The notes below the pieces were generated by a model. That model made no database searches. It saw only the letters and a list, made by a program, of their open reading frames with translations, and was not told where the DNA came from. Below are positions 16,001 to 27,676 of a DNA stretch of 32,169 bases, piece by piece. The first letter of the stretch is position 1. Every line of letters starts with the position of its first letter. The stretch is taken from the IMG/VR virus record IMGVR_UViG_3300045988_177309, positions 1 through 32,169 of that record, one strand, 5' to 3'. The DNA is from a virus. A program made the translations under genes and the position numbers.

Positions 16001-17075
16001 TTTGATAAAATTAGATTATTCTTTAGAAACTCCAGAAGAAAGAGTACAATTAGTAGAGCAAATTTTGGCTGAATAGCCTAATCCTCCTCAAAAATACATA
16101 GAAATTTTAACTGATTATCTAGTTATGTGCATGGAGCGTCAAGAACGCCGTGAGCGCAAAATATTAACTGAGAATCGTTTGGCGACAGTTAATAAACGTG
16201 AAACCTCTTTTGAAGGTCTTGTATCACAACTAGAAAGTGGCGAAGATGGAATCTATAATCTCATTCATGAAAATAAGAACCAAATATTTAAACCAAAAGT
16301 AAGAATAACAAAAAAAGACATTGAAGAAATACCCGAACTCCAACAAATAAGAGATTCCATTGAATTTTGGGAAAAAAAGGCAAAAACCGCACAAGGTCGC
16401 GAAGCATTTATTATACGAAAAACAATTATTGAATTGCGCAAAGATCAATACCTTGTGAAAGACTCTTTCCGATAGCCCATTCAAGCAAGTTCAACCGCGC
16501 ATTCACGTGGTATCTATAAACTTACTTATGATGATAAAACTTGCAATTTTGATGAAGAAGGATATCCAATTCCTTCTGGTCTCTCTCTTTTGGATCCAAA
16601 CATTTGTTCGACAATCTTATGTTTATATTCTAAATTAAAACAAGATGGTTATAGTGAATTCATTGGTGATTTATACTATCTTATGGAAGATTTTGATAAA
16701 ATTTCTATTATTGCGCTTGCGCCTTATCCTATTTATCAAAAATTAGTATTATATAAAATAGATGGCCGACAAAACGCTGAAATACAAAATTTATTACAAA
16801 CAGAATTTGGTATTACTCATAGTCTTGAATACCTTTCGAGTCTTTGGCGTAATAAAATTCCTAAATTAATAGCCAGTGCCGCAGAAGATCAATATCTTGA
16901 ATGGTATTACCTTAATGCTGAAAAAGGCAAATATAAAAGATGTAGCTGCTGTGGACAAATTAAATTAGCTCATAATAAATATTTTTCTAAAAATAAAACT
17001 AGCAAAGATGGTTATTACAGCATTTGTAAAAAATGTCGCAATGCTAAAAGTAAAAAAAGAAAAAGGAAGAAATAA
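16001..17075 (+). CDS. hypothetical protein with C-terminal Zn-ribbon (CSCCGQ...CKKC) and basic tail; 1 in-frame TAG
   Basis: Track ORFs 16125..16475 and 16590..17075 share a frame through the TAG at 16473. The frame stays open upstream to a TTG at about 16001, 11 nt after AAAGGAGG. The start is uncertain and may be 16125. Confidence 0.5.
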
Positions 17076-17078
17076 TTT

Positions 17079-18266
17079 ATGAGCGAGTTACATTATTGTA
17101 AAAAATGTAATCGAACCATGAATGGGGAACAATTTTATTCTTCTAACAATTTAGAAAAATACCCTGATAATGGTAAATTTGATATTTGCAAGAAATGTAT
17201 GACTATGCATGTAGATAATTGGGATCCAAACACTTACCTTTGGATCCTAGAAGAAGCTGACGTGCCTTATGTTCCCGATGAATGGAATAAATTGATGGCA
17301 AAGTATGCCAATAATCCAGAAAAATTAACTGGTATGACTATTCTAGGGCGTTATCTCTCTAAAATGAAACTTAAACAATTTAGAGATTATCGATGGAAAG
17401 ATACCGCTTTCTTGCAAGAATTGACACAAAGTAAAATTGAGCAAACAATGAAACGCTCCGGTTATGATGCTTAGCAAATTGCCGAAGCTATTAATAAGGT
17501 TACTTTTACTTTTGATGAACATTATGAATAGCCTCCAATTCCTGCTTCGAATGAATGTAGTGAATCTGAAGATTATTTTGACCAATAGAATGATATTTCT
17601 ATTCCAGAAGAAACGTTTGATTTAACCGACGAAGAAAAATTAATGTTGCGTCTTAAATGGGGAAAAACTTATAAACCAGAAGAATGGATTAAACTTGAAC
17701 AATTATATAATGAATTTCTTTAGTCTTATGATATTCAAAGCGCAGGACATATTGATACTCTTAAATTGATATGCAAAACCTCTCTTAAAGCCAATTAGTT
17801 AATCGATATTGGAGATGTAGAAGGTTTTCAAAAAATGAGCCGGGTGTATGATAATTTAATGAAGAGCGGTAAGTTTACTGCTGCTCAAAACAAAGCCGAA
17901 TCTGGGGAATATGTAAATTCAATTTCTGAACTTGTTACTTTATGTGAATAGCAAGGTTTTATTCCTCGTTATTATGTATCTACACCGCAAGATAAAGTTG
18001 ATGAAACTTTATAGGATACTAAAAATTATGTGCGGACTTTAGTTACCGAAGAAATGAACTTAGGTAATTTAATTGAATCTTCAATACGCACAATGAATTA
18101 TGAAGAAAATAAAGAAGAAGATGAAGATATCGAAGATGAAATAATGGAAGATGTAGTTCCTGAAATTACTGATGAAGACTTCATGGAGCAAGAGGAATTT
18201 CTTGAGTCTGAACAAGAGAAAGATGCGCGATTGACTGAAGAATTGGCCTTGGGCAAAAATAATTAA
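17079..18266 (+). CDS. hypothetical protein (N-terminal CxxC...CxxC, acidic C-terminus); 7 in-frame TAGs
   Basis: Track ORFs 17079..17474 and 18030..18266 share a frame. The frame stays open through TAGs at about 17473, 17528, 17585, 17720, 17798, 17949 and 18010, with no TAA or TGA. TAA at 18264-66. Confidence 0.6.
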
Positions 18267-18937
18267 TGGCATTACAAGAACTTTTAAATTTATAGTCTCG
18301 ATACAATAAATTAGGGCTTTCTGAAGAGCGCGTAACTGCAATTCTTCCAGTAGTGCGTGAATATGTAGCATTCTGGCGTGAATACCCAGATATGTTTATT
18401 GATTTCCTTTTGGAAGCGGGGAACCCTTAGAATTTTCATCTTTATTTTTATCAACGAGTATTTTTACGTGCGGCAATGCGGCATAAATATGTGTATGCAG
18501 TTTACCCGCGCGCCTATTCAAAATCGTTTCTTGCAATTATGATTTTAATGATACGTTGCATTCTCTATCCCAAGTGTAAACTTTTCGTTACTTCGGGTGG
18601 TAAAGAATAGGCGGCTGGTATCATAAAGGAAAAAGTACAAGAAATATGTAATCTTATTCCAGCAATGGATAAAGAAATAGATTATCGACCTGGTCAAACT
18701 AGATTTATTAAAGACCAAACTACAATAGTATTTAAAAATGGCTCTTATTTTGATAATATTGCAGCGCGTGAAACCTCTCGTGGTAAACGTCGTCATGGTG
18801 GAGTCATAGAAGAATGTGTTGGAGTCGATGGCGATATACTGTCCCAAGTTATTATTCCCACAATGAACATTTCACGTATGTGTATGGATGGAACAACATA
18901 GCCTGAAGAAACGCTCAATAAGTCCCAAATTTATGTT
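18266..18937 (+). CDS. terL: terminase large subunit, exon 1 (ATPase domain)
   Basis: ATG overlaps the upstream TAA (TAATG). ...AVYPRAYSKSFLAIM... (deviant Walker A) ...ETLNKSQIYV coupling motif. In-frame TAGs. The frame then degenerates and hits TAA at 19007, so the exon must end near 18937. Confidence 0.65.
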
Positions 18938-19530
18938 AATTTTTTGGTCATTTTACGTTACTTAAATGTATTAATTTTAAAGAGAAAAAAGCCCATTCTA
19001 CCATTATAAAATCTAAAAGAAAGCTTACGCAAGAACAAGTTTTTATGATTTATGTAAATAATGAATAGAATATTATTCCAAAAACATATCTTTGTAATAT
19101 GTTTAATATCACTAGTAATACAATTTATACTATTTTAAATCAAAAATCTTATCAAGATTATTGGCAAGATTATCAAAAATTAACGAATGATCAAAAAGAA
19201 CAATTAGCATCATTGTTGCGAAAGCAACAACAGCAAACCCCTTGAATTGCTGGGAAGCCCTAAAAAATAGGGTAATCAGCAGCCAAGCCTTGAATAAAGG
19301 AAGGTTCAACGACTATCTCAATATGAGAGTAGAGGCAAGCGTCTCGAAGTGGGGGGCCCTTAGCAGGTAAAGCTGAAGGTGAAGATATAGTCTTTTCTAT
19401 ATAGTAATATATAGCAGTTCATAAGAGAACGTATTTAATTTAGCGAATTAAATAGAAAAATAAAGAACAACTGCGGGATACAAAAACACATATGCTTATG
19501 ATAAACTTATTTAGTTGTTAGTTTGGTAGA
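18938..19530 (+). mobile_element. group I (IA-like) self-splicing intron interrupting terL; boundaries approximate
   Basis: P GAATTGCTGGGAAGC 19245-59. P5 hairpin ccct-aaaaaat-aggg. Q AATCAGCAGCC 19274-84. P6 ccttgaataaaagg. R GTTCAACGACTA 19304-15. P8 tctca-ata-tgaga. S AAGATATAGTC 19382-92 (GACUA:UAGUC P7). P9 ctatata-gtaa-tatatag. All in canonical order. Confidence 0.7.
19045..19245 (+). CDS. intron-internal ORF, HTH-like (possible degenerate homing-endonuclease DNA-binding module); contains 1 in-frame TAG
   Basis: Frame differs from both exons. MIYVNNE(Q)NIIPKTYLCNMFNITSNTIYTILNQKSY... resembles a NUMOD/HTH motif. TGA stop at 19243-45. Confidence 0.25.
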
Positions 19531-20525
19531 TCGTAAGACCAGAACGTTCAATTATTCTCGGAGGTACTTACCGCATCCCAGTTCTTATGAAGCTTCTGGA
19601 TAAAAGCTTTGTTCAAGACTTGCGTATGGATGGTACCTTTAATGAAAGTGCATTTTAGCGAGAATATGAGTCGAAATGGTCTGGCACAGTAGAGGATGCA
19701 TTCTTTAATCCAGAAGTTTTTGAACGTAATCGCATTCTTAATCAGCCAGAATATGAACTTTCTGGACGTGCATCAAAACAATCTTATTATGTGCTTTCTG
19801 TGGATGTTGGTCGCAAACAATGCGACACTGTTGTTTGCGTTTTTAATGTCATTCCATAGTAGCAAGGTACATCAATAAAAAAATTGGTTAACATATTTGT
19901 ATTAACTGATGAACATTTTGAAGATCAAGCAATAAGATTAAAGCAATTATATTATAAATTTAAAGCACGTCGTATTGTAATTGATGCGAATGGATTAGGT
20001 ATTGGACTTGTAGATTATATGATAAAAACTCAAGTTAACCCTGAAACAAATGAAACTTATTATGATTTTGGTGTTTATAATGATGAAGATAATTATTACA
20101 AAAAATATAGAACCATTTTCACAGAACAAGATGCAATGTATTTAATTAAAGCTAATGCGCCATTAAATACTGATGCTCATGCGAATGCACAATCTTAGCT
20201 ATCTTCTGGAAAAGTAAAATTTTTAATTGATGTTCAAACAGCCAAAGCGAAATTGCTTAATACAAAAGTTGGCCAAAATATGAGTCCTGAACAAAGGACA
20301 GATTATTTAAAACCATTTAATTACACTTCCATATTAAAAGAAGAAATGTTGAATCTTCGTGAAGAAAATGAAGGTATTAATATTAATTTAAAACAAATAA
20401 ATCGCGGAATACGAAAAGACAAATTTTCTGCGTTTGAATATGGGTTATATTATATTAAACATGAAGAAGATGACAAGAAAAAACGTAAAAGATTTAATGC
20501 AAAAGATTGGGCTTTTTTTAATTAA
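19530..20525 (+). CDS. terL: terminase large subunit, exon 2 (linker + RNaseH-like nuclease domain)
   Basis: ...FQREYESKWSGTVEDAFFNP... then ...YYVLSVDVGRKQCDTVVCVFN... and IVIDANGLGIGLVDYM. In-frame TAGs at about 19656, 19857-62 (double) and 20196. Track ORFs 19884.. and 20253..20525 share the frame. TAA at 20523-25. Confidence 0.7.
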
Positions 20526-20634
20526 AGGAGAAATAAAATATGAAAAGTTTTGCAGTAATAGCCAATAAAGCTATTAGAAGTTTTGATACGACTATATTAA
20601 ATTATACTGATATTGCTATGAGGTATTATCAACA

Positions 20635-20994
20635 GTGCGAGCTTCACGAGCGGAAATTAAAATTGAAGAAATCCTGCGTGACGCAGGTTTAAATTTTAAA
20701 ATGGAGTATATTTTTCCTGATTTAAAAAGTCCCAATGGACGTCCTTTGCGTTTTGATTTTGTTGTTTTTGATGATGATGGACGTATTGATTTTATTATTG
20801 AATATTAGGGTAAACAACATTACCAACCAAGTAGTAAATTTGGTGGTAAACGAGGTTTTTATCAACAACAATATAATGATAATCAAAAGCGTCGATTTTG
20901 CGCTTTGCATGATTTTAATTTAATAGAGATTCCGTATAATGAAGAAAATCTCATTTCTTATGATTATATTATGAATAAGGCCTACGGCTGGTGA
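20635..20994 (+). CDS. small endonuclease-like protein (restriction-endonuclease-fold/Vsr-like motif ...RFDFVVFDDDGRIDFIIEY-Q-GKQHY...LIEIPY); 1 in-frame TAG
   Basis: Frame opens after the TGA at 20608-10. Candidate starts are GTG 20635 or ATG 20701. TAG sits inside the conserved E-Y-x-G-x-Q-H block. TGA stop overlaps the portal RBS GAAGGAGGTG. Confidence 0.5.
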
Positions 20995-21008
20995 AGGAGG
21001 TGCGTAAT

Positions 21009-22616
21009 TTGGATAAATCCCGAACCTAGCAAATTCATGATAAAGGTTTTGCAATGGTTGATGGATACGCCTATTATCGCACAGACGCACCTAATGAATA
21101 TAAGAAAATTCGTATTGGAGTAAAATCTGTTGAAGACGCTGTGCTTCAACTAGGTTCTTATTGCCCTAATCCAAAAGATAAAGGTAATCATGGTCCTGCC
21201 ATTAATAAAGGCATGATTATTAAAGCTTTAATGGAACATGATGTTAAAGAATAGCGGAGAATTTCTAATCTTTTTTATGAAATAAATGGTATTTATCAAA
21301 AAGTATGTAATTATTTTGCTTATCTTTATCGTTATGATTGGTATGTAGATCCAAAAGTTTATGAAGATGCCAATGTTGAGAAAGTCTTAAAAAACTTTGC
21401 TAGTGTATTAGATTTTCTTGATAAATCTTATATTAAAAAAGTGTGTGGCGATATAGCTTTAGAAGTAGTTAAAAGTGGCGCCTATTATGGATATATTGTT
21501 AATATAAACAAAAGCTTAGTATTACAATAGCTGCCGACTGATTACTGCCGCTCCCGTTATAATGTTGGTTCAACTCCTGCAATAGAATTTGATATGAGAT
21601 ATTTTGATACGTTTAGAGATACTAATTATCGTATGCGTATCTTAAAGTTATTTCCTGATGAATTCTCAAAAGGATATTTACTTTATAAATAGGGTAAATT
21701 ACAACCTGACTTTGCTGGAGATAATTAGGGAAGTTGGTATTTACTTGAACCAGAAAATACTATAAAATTTAATTTATTGCATCATGATTTACCAATGTTT
21801 GTGAATGCAATTCCTGCGATTCTTGATTTGGATGCCGCCCAAGACTTAGACCGCAAGAAACAAATGCAGCAATTATTAAAAATTGTTGTACAAAAATTGC
21901 CACGAGACAAAAATGGTGATTTAATATTTGATGTTGAAGAAGCTAGAGATATACACAACAATGCAGTAGAAATGTTGCGTCGTGCTGTTGGAGTTGATGT
22001 TTTAACAACATTTACAGATGTTGATTCTATTGATATGTCTGATAAAAATACTTCAACCACTAAAGATGATTTAGAAAAAGTTGAACGCACTGTTTATAAT
22101 GCATTAGGTATTTCGCGCAATTTGTTTAATACGGATGGCAATTTATCTTTGGAAAAATCAATTCTTAATGATGAATCTTCTATGCGTAAATTATTGCTTC
22201 AATTTGAACAATTCTTTGATCGTATTATAAGTCAAAAATATAAAAATAGTAAATGTATTTTTAATTTTTGTATGTTAGAAACGACTCAATATAATTATAA
22301 AGAATTAGCAAAATTATATAAAGAACAATCTTAGATTGGTTTCTCAAAGATGTTACCTTAGATTGCTCTTGGACATTCTTAGAGTTTCATTTTGAATTCT
22401 GCCCACTTTGAGAATGATATATTAAAGTTATATGAAATTATGATTCCTCCGCTTATGAGTTCTACTATGAGTAGTGATTTAATTTTGGGTAACAAAGAGC
22501 AAAGTAATTAGACAAAAAATCAAACAAATTAGGATAGTAAAGAAATTGGTCGTCCAGAAAAATCTGATGACCAAAAGAGCGAAAAAACTATCTAGAATAA
22601 AGAATCTATGAGTTAA
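21009..22616 (+). CDS. portal protein (putative, about 535 aa); at least 10 in-frame TAGs
   Basis: Track ORFs 21054..21254 and 21777..22334 share a frame that stays open from TTG 21009 (5 nt after GGAGGTG) to TAA 22614-16. Synteny: terL, nuclease, this gene, scaffold. Size is typical of portals. Confidence 0.55.
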
Positions 22617-22628
22617 GGAGGAATATTA

Positions 22629-24167
22629 ATGCATAAGAGTATAGGCATTGAACAGTCCATCGAATTCATTAACGTGACTCCGCTCAATCCTTTAATTTCT
22701 AAATGTCAAATAAAAGTTTGTTATGTTCAAGATGAACCTAACCGCAATAAGAGTATAATTACTAAAGATGTTGCGCGAAAGCTCGCTAATTCATTGCCGG
22801 GTAGTCCCATTGTTGGTTATTATAATGAGGCCAGTGGTGATTTTGAAGAACATAATAAAATTATAGAAATTTCTAATGGTCAATTAACTTTTAAAGAAAA
22901 TACAAGGCCTTATGGCTTTGTTGATTTAGGTGCTAAAGTTTGGTTTTAGAAATTCCTTGATGATGATGTAATAGAACGTGAATATTTAGTAACAGAAGGA
23001 TATTTATGGACTGGCCAGTATCCTGAATGTCAACGTATTATTGATATCGGCAATAACCATTCAATGGAACTTGACAATACAATTTTAAAAGGACACTGGA
23101 CAAAAGATGATAAAGGAAAACCACAGTTTTTTATTATCAATGAAGCAATAATTTAGAATCTTTGTATTTTAGGCGAAGATGTAGAACCTTGCTTTGAAGG
23201 GGCTAGTATTACAGCTCCTATTCAATTCTCATTCGAGGATGGGTTTAAAGAGTAGCTCTTCTCAATGATGAATGAGTTAAAGAATATTTTGAATGAAGGA
23301 GGAGCGAAAGTATTGAATACTTATGCCGTTGATATTGGCGATAGTCTTTGGTCAGCCGTATGGGATTATGTTCATAAGACTTATAAAGATCCTGCTGATG
23401 AATGGTCTGCTTTGTATAACATCGATAGCATTTGCGAAGAAAATGGCCAAAAATTTGCAGTTCTGAGAAGTGCTGATGCCAAATACTATCGTTTAAATTT
23501 CTCTCTTTCTGAAACAGAGGGCTTCCAAGCTTCTGGCGCTTTAATTGAAGTAACTAAAAATTATACTCCTATTAATCAGTTTGCAGAAGCCGATGTTGCA
23601 GCTTATATGGAAGAATATAAGAAAAAGAATACTAAAGAGCCTTCTGAGGATGAAGAGAAGCCCATTGAGGATGAGAAAAAGTCAGAAGAAGAAGATAATT
23701 CTGATAATGAATCTCAATCTGATGATGAGGAAGATAAGAAGAAGAAGAAAACTTCTTATTCTATAGAAGAGTATAATACTGTTGTTGAACAGTTAAATAC
23801 TTTACAAGCTCAGTATAATGCCTTGCAGGAAACTAATAATGAGTTAACTGCGCAAGTTGAGTCTTTGACTCAGTTTAAGGTTGCGGCCGAGCGCAAGGAT
23901 AAACAGGCTATGATAAATAGCTTTTATATGCTGTCCGATGATGATAAGAAAGATGTTGTTGATCATATTGATTCTTATTCTTTGGATGATATTGAAGCAA
24001 AACTTTCTATAATATGTTTCCGTAATAAGGTAAGTTTTGACCTTGATGAGGAAAAGAAAACAGATGAGAATGGGCCTATTACTTATAATTTAGACCATGA
24101 TGAAGTTGATAATACTCCTGCTTGGTTAAAGGCTGCATTTGCTGTTGCAAAATCTAGAGAAGAATAA
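22629..24167 (+). CDS. scaffolding-like protein (globular N-domain, acidic E/D/K low-complexity linker, coiled-coil C-terminus); 3 in-frame TAGs
   Basis: Track ORFs 22629..22949 and 23265..24167 share a frame through TAGs at about 22947, 23154 and 23253. RBS GGAGGAATATTAATG. Confidence 0.5.
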
Positions 24168-24188
24168 TAGTTTTAAGGAGGATAAACA

Positions 24189-24953
24189 ATGCTGGGTGAG
24201 TTTTTAAAGAAACACATTACTAGCCAGGCAGATTCCGCCAAGGGCGGCTATGTCGATTATGGTTATGGCCAAGTAGAACCTAACCATCTTTCAGCTTAGA
24301 GGACTGGACAGATGTATGGTCAGCTGCCTGCTAATAAAGATATTAAGATTTTAGAAAATGGTCAGTTTGTAAAATATGATTATGCTGCCGCCAATGGCGG
24401 TGAGGTAAATTTCGTTGGTAAGGGCGAATGGATGCTTGTTTATAATGAGATTAAGCTTTATCGTGAACATCAGGTTGACGCTGAGTTCGCTATGCTGAAA
24501 GATAATTATGAAGCTCGTGTTTATAGTCCTTATGATTGGGAAAAGCCTGAAGAGGATAAGCAGACTCGTTACTATAATGGTGTAGATAATAACGGCGATT
24601 CTAGCATCGAGCTTGGTGGTAAGACTTATAATTATGATGATGTAACTGCTGGCCCTGATTATTATGAAATTCATTATAATGAAGATCCCTTCCACATTCT
24701 TGGTAAGCATTATGAGCGCAAGATGCCCGAAGGTACTAAGATGGTTCCTCGCGTATTTAAGACTAATGTGGGTGATATCTTTACCACTAACATGATTGCC
24801 GAAACTACTCTTGCTCTTGGCGATGAGCTTTCTCCTCGTGCAACTGATGGTATTCTCAGCAAGTCTGGCGATGGCTCTATGAAATGGCAAGTAGTGCGTC
24901 TGTATACTATGCCCGATGGCCAAAAGGGCGTTAAATTAATGCGCATAGCGTAA
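24189..24953 (+). CDS. hypothetical head-associated protein (254 aa); 1 in-frame TAG
   Basis: ATG 24189 after AGGAGGATAAACA. Same frame as track ORF 24312..24953 through the TAG at about 24297. Confidence 0.5.
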
Positions 24954-24970
24954 GAAAGGAGAAAAATATA

Positions 24971-26080
24971 ATGGCTTTAGATCGTAATAATCTTGTTGCA
25001 TTAATGAAGACTGTAGCTAAGGCTAAGCCTGCTTCTCCTATTGCTTATAGCTGGGATGGCAAGAATTTAGACTATGATACACTTAATGAAACACTCCGTA
25101 TGGAGATGAATGAACTTGCAGGTTCTTATTCTCTCTATCGTGAAAATAAAAATCTGATTTTCTCCATTATTGAAGAGACTCTTGATGATGTTCTCCCCAA
25201 GAAGGTTGAAGAGCAGTATAATCAGTTCGCTGAAGTTAAGACTTTTAAGCAGGGTGATAAGCCCATTTTCCGCAGGAAGCTCAATACTCGTCAGCGTGCT
25301 AAGCAGTTTGTAACTCGTGTTGGCCATGCTAGCATGTATGAAGTTTTTAAACTTGGTGCGGCTGAAGAGGCTTTTGAAGTGCGTACTAGCGCGATTGGCG
25401 GCGCTGCTCAGATTGGTTTTGAAGAGTTCCTTGATGGTCGTGTTGATTTCGCTGAAGTTACTGCTATCATTATGGAAGGTATGGATGAACTCATTTATAA
25501 GGAGATTGGTGCTGCTCTGAAGGCTTCTATCAATCAGCTTCCTCCTGCAAACCGTGTTGCGGCCGCTGGTTTTGATGAAGCTTCTTTTGATCGCCTTCTG
25601 ACTGTTGCTTCTGCTTATGGCGAACCTACTATCTATTGTACTTATGAATTTGCTGTCAATATGATTCCTCAGGAGGCTTGGCGTTATACTGAGTCTATGA
25701 AGGATGAACTTTGGCGCACCGGTCGTCTGGCTAGCTATAAGGGCAAGAAGGTCATTATTCTTGAACAGGGTTTTGAGGATGGTACCAATGAAAAGAAGGT
25801 TATTGATCCTGGTTATGCTTGGATTATTCCTACTGGTGCTGATGGTAAACCTGTGAAGGTTGCTTTTGAAGGCAATACTATTGTTGATGAGTATAATAAC
25901 TATGACCGCTCTCGTGAAATTCAGGTTTATAAGAAGGTTGGCGTAGTATGCATGATGGCCAATAATATTTGCGCTTATGTTGATACTGCCCTTCTGGGTC
26001 AAATGGATACATGGCATCTTGATGGTGCTTCCAATGTTGCTTGGCAGTCTAATGTTGTTATTGGTAACGACAATCCGTAA
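24971..26080 (+). CDS. major capsid protein (putative; 369 aa), no in-frame TAG
   Basis: Intact track ORF with RBS AAAGGAGAAAAATATAATG. Position after the scaffold-like gene. GC3-rich, highly biased codon usage. Confidence 0.5.
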   Translation: MALDRNNLVALMKTVAKAKPASPIAYSWDGKNLDYDTLNETLRMEMNELAGSYSLYRENKNLIFSIIEETLDDVLPKKVEEQYNQFAEVKTFKQGDKPIFRRKLNTRQRAKQFVTRVGHASMYEVFKLGAAEEAFEVRTSAIGGAAQIGFEEFLDGRVDFAEVTAIIMEGMDELIYKEIGAALKASINQLPPANRVAAAGFDEASFDRLLTVASAYGEPTIYCTYEFAVNMIPQEAWRYTESMKDELWRTGRLASYKGKKVIILEQGFEDGTNEKKVIDPGYAWIIPTGADGKPVKVAFEGNTIVDEYNNYDRSREIQVYKKVGVVCMMANNICAYVDTALLGQMDTWHLDGASNVAWQSNVVIGNDNP

Positions 26081-26162
26081 TTTTTAATATAAGGGGAGAA
26101 AAAAGGATACTTTCGTATCCCTTTTCTCCCATTTTTTGCTATGAGAAAAAGGAGATAATAAA

Positions 26163-26759
26163 ATGGTTGGTAATAAAAATTTTAATGTAAAAAATCGTAG
26201 TGCTAGTGTAGTAGTTTATAAAATTCCAGAAGAAAATATTCGTAGAGAATTTGCGCCCGGTGAAAGTAAGAAGATTTCTTATGCAGAATTAGAAAAGCTT
26301 ACTTATCAGCCTGGCGGTCGTGAATTAATGGCAAATTTTTTGCAAATTGATAGTGATGAAGCAATCAATAGCTTAAATATTTATGCGACTCCTGAATATT
26401 GGATGTCAGAAAAGAATATTATAGATTTGATTAAAACTGGCCCTCTTGATCAGTGGCTCGATGCCCTCGATTATGCTCCTGTTGGCGCAATGGATTTAAT
26501 TAAGAAATATTCTGTGTCTTTGCCTTTGACTGATACTCGTAAGATAGAGGCTTTGCAGAAAAAGACTGGCTTTAATGTTACTGCTGCTATTCAACATGAT
26601 AAAGAATCTAAGGAACCTGACGAAGTATTTACAAAGACTGAAAAGAAGGAAAATACTGAAACCGCTCATACAGCACCTACTGGACGTCGTACTACTGTTG
26701 ATTATAAGAAGAGCAACGAAGAAGCTCCTACTACTCCAGTTTATAAAGTAGTAAAGTAA
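26163..26759 (+). CDS. hypothetical structural protein (198 aa), no in-frame TAG
   Basis: Intact track ORF. RBS AAAAGGAGATAATAAAATG. Confidence 0.5.
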   Translation: MVGNKNFNVKNRSASVVVYKIPEENIRREFAPGESKKISYAELEKLTYQPGGRELMANFLQIDSDEAINSLNIYATPEYWMSEKNIIDLIKTGPLDQWLDALDYAPVGAMDLIKKYSVSLPLTDTRKIEALQKKTGFNVTAAIQHDKESKEPDEVFTKTEKKENTETAHTAPTGRRTTVDYKKSNEEAPTTPVYKVVK

Positions 26760-26786
26760 TAAATAAATAGGAGGCGAGTTTACACT

Positions 26787-27374
26787 GTGGATGGAATAAC
26801 TGAATTTTCCAAAGTATATAATCGCTTTCTTGGTAAAATTACTGATGATATGTATATTGAATTGACTCCAGAAGATACATTAAAAGATTTGCAGAATCTT
26901 TTAATTGAATCATTGCCAGGGTTTGAGTTTCCTAGGCATGATATTTCTTCCTATGTCATAAAGACTGAAACAATTCCAGAAGATATGATAACTTCTGATG
27001 ATTTTGTTGTAGGTATTTTATGGGGTAAGATACCTTCTGGGCCAAATGATGTTCCTGATGTAATTATTGATAAATCTTATTTTTTAGAATCTTTAACAGA
27101 AGAAGAAATTAATATTATAGCCATTTTAATGATGTGCGCTTGGGTAAATAGATAGGTAGCATCTATTGAAAATACTAGAATGAAATATTCAGGTACGGAT
27201 TTTAAATTTACTTCCCAAGCTAATCATTTATCAAAGATGTTAGCGCTGTTATCAGAAACATAGCGCCAATCAATTCATATGCAAAGACTTTATGGTCGTC
27301 GCAAAAAAAATGCGCGAGGTGCTTATGAATCTAATTGGTCTATATTACGAGAAAAGAGCGCATTAGATAGATAA
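26787..27374 (+). CDS. head-tail adaptor/connector-like protein; 2 in-frame TAGs
   Basis: Track ORF 26787..27155 (GTG start after TAGGAGG) continues in frame through TAGs at about 27153 and 27261 to TAA 27372-74. Confidence 0.4.
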
Positions 27375-27676
27375 TGATGACTAAATATGGTTTTACTGTT
27401 GTCGAAGATGTTATTAATAAAGATTTATTACGTTTAACTAATTAGATTTGGAAATTAATTCCTATGCGCGAACATGAGGAAGATTGGTTAAAACAATTAA
27501 ATACGATAATTGTAGAAATCTCTGGCTTAAATGAAATATTTGCGCCAGAGCTTTCTTTTACTATCTTATTAAGTAAATTAGAAGGTTTAAAAATTGAAGA
27601 ACATTTAGATTTTTATACTTATCGAAAAACTGTTTTTGAAGCTATAAATTTATTATAGGAGTTAAAACATGCATAA
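27374..27676 (+). CDS. hypothetical small structural protein; 2 in-frame TAGs
   Basis: ATG overlaps the upstream TAA (TAATG). Same frame as track ORF 27464..27658. Confidence 0.45.

Noticed and set aside
23620-23760. Repetitive GAA/GAT/AAG-rich DNA inside the scaffold-like gene
   Set aside because: It encodes an acidic/lysine low-complexity linker (EDEEKPIEDEKKSEEEDNSDNESQSDDEEDKKKKK). It is in frame and typical of scaffolding proteins, not a DNA-level repeat element.
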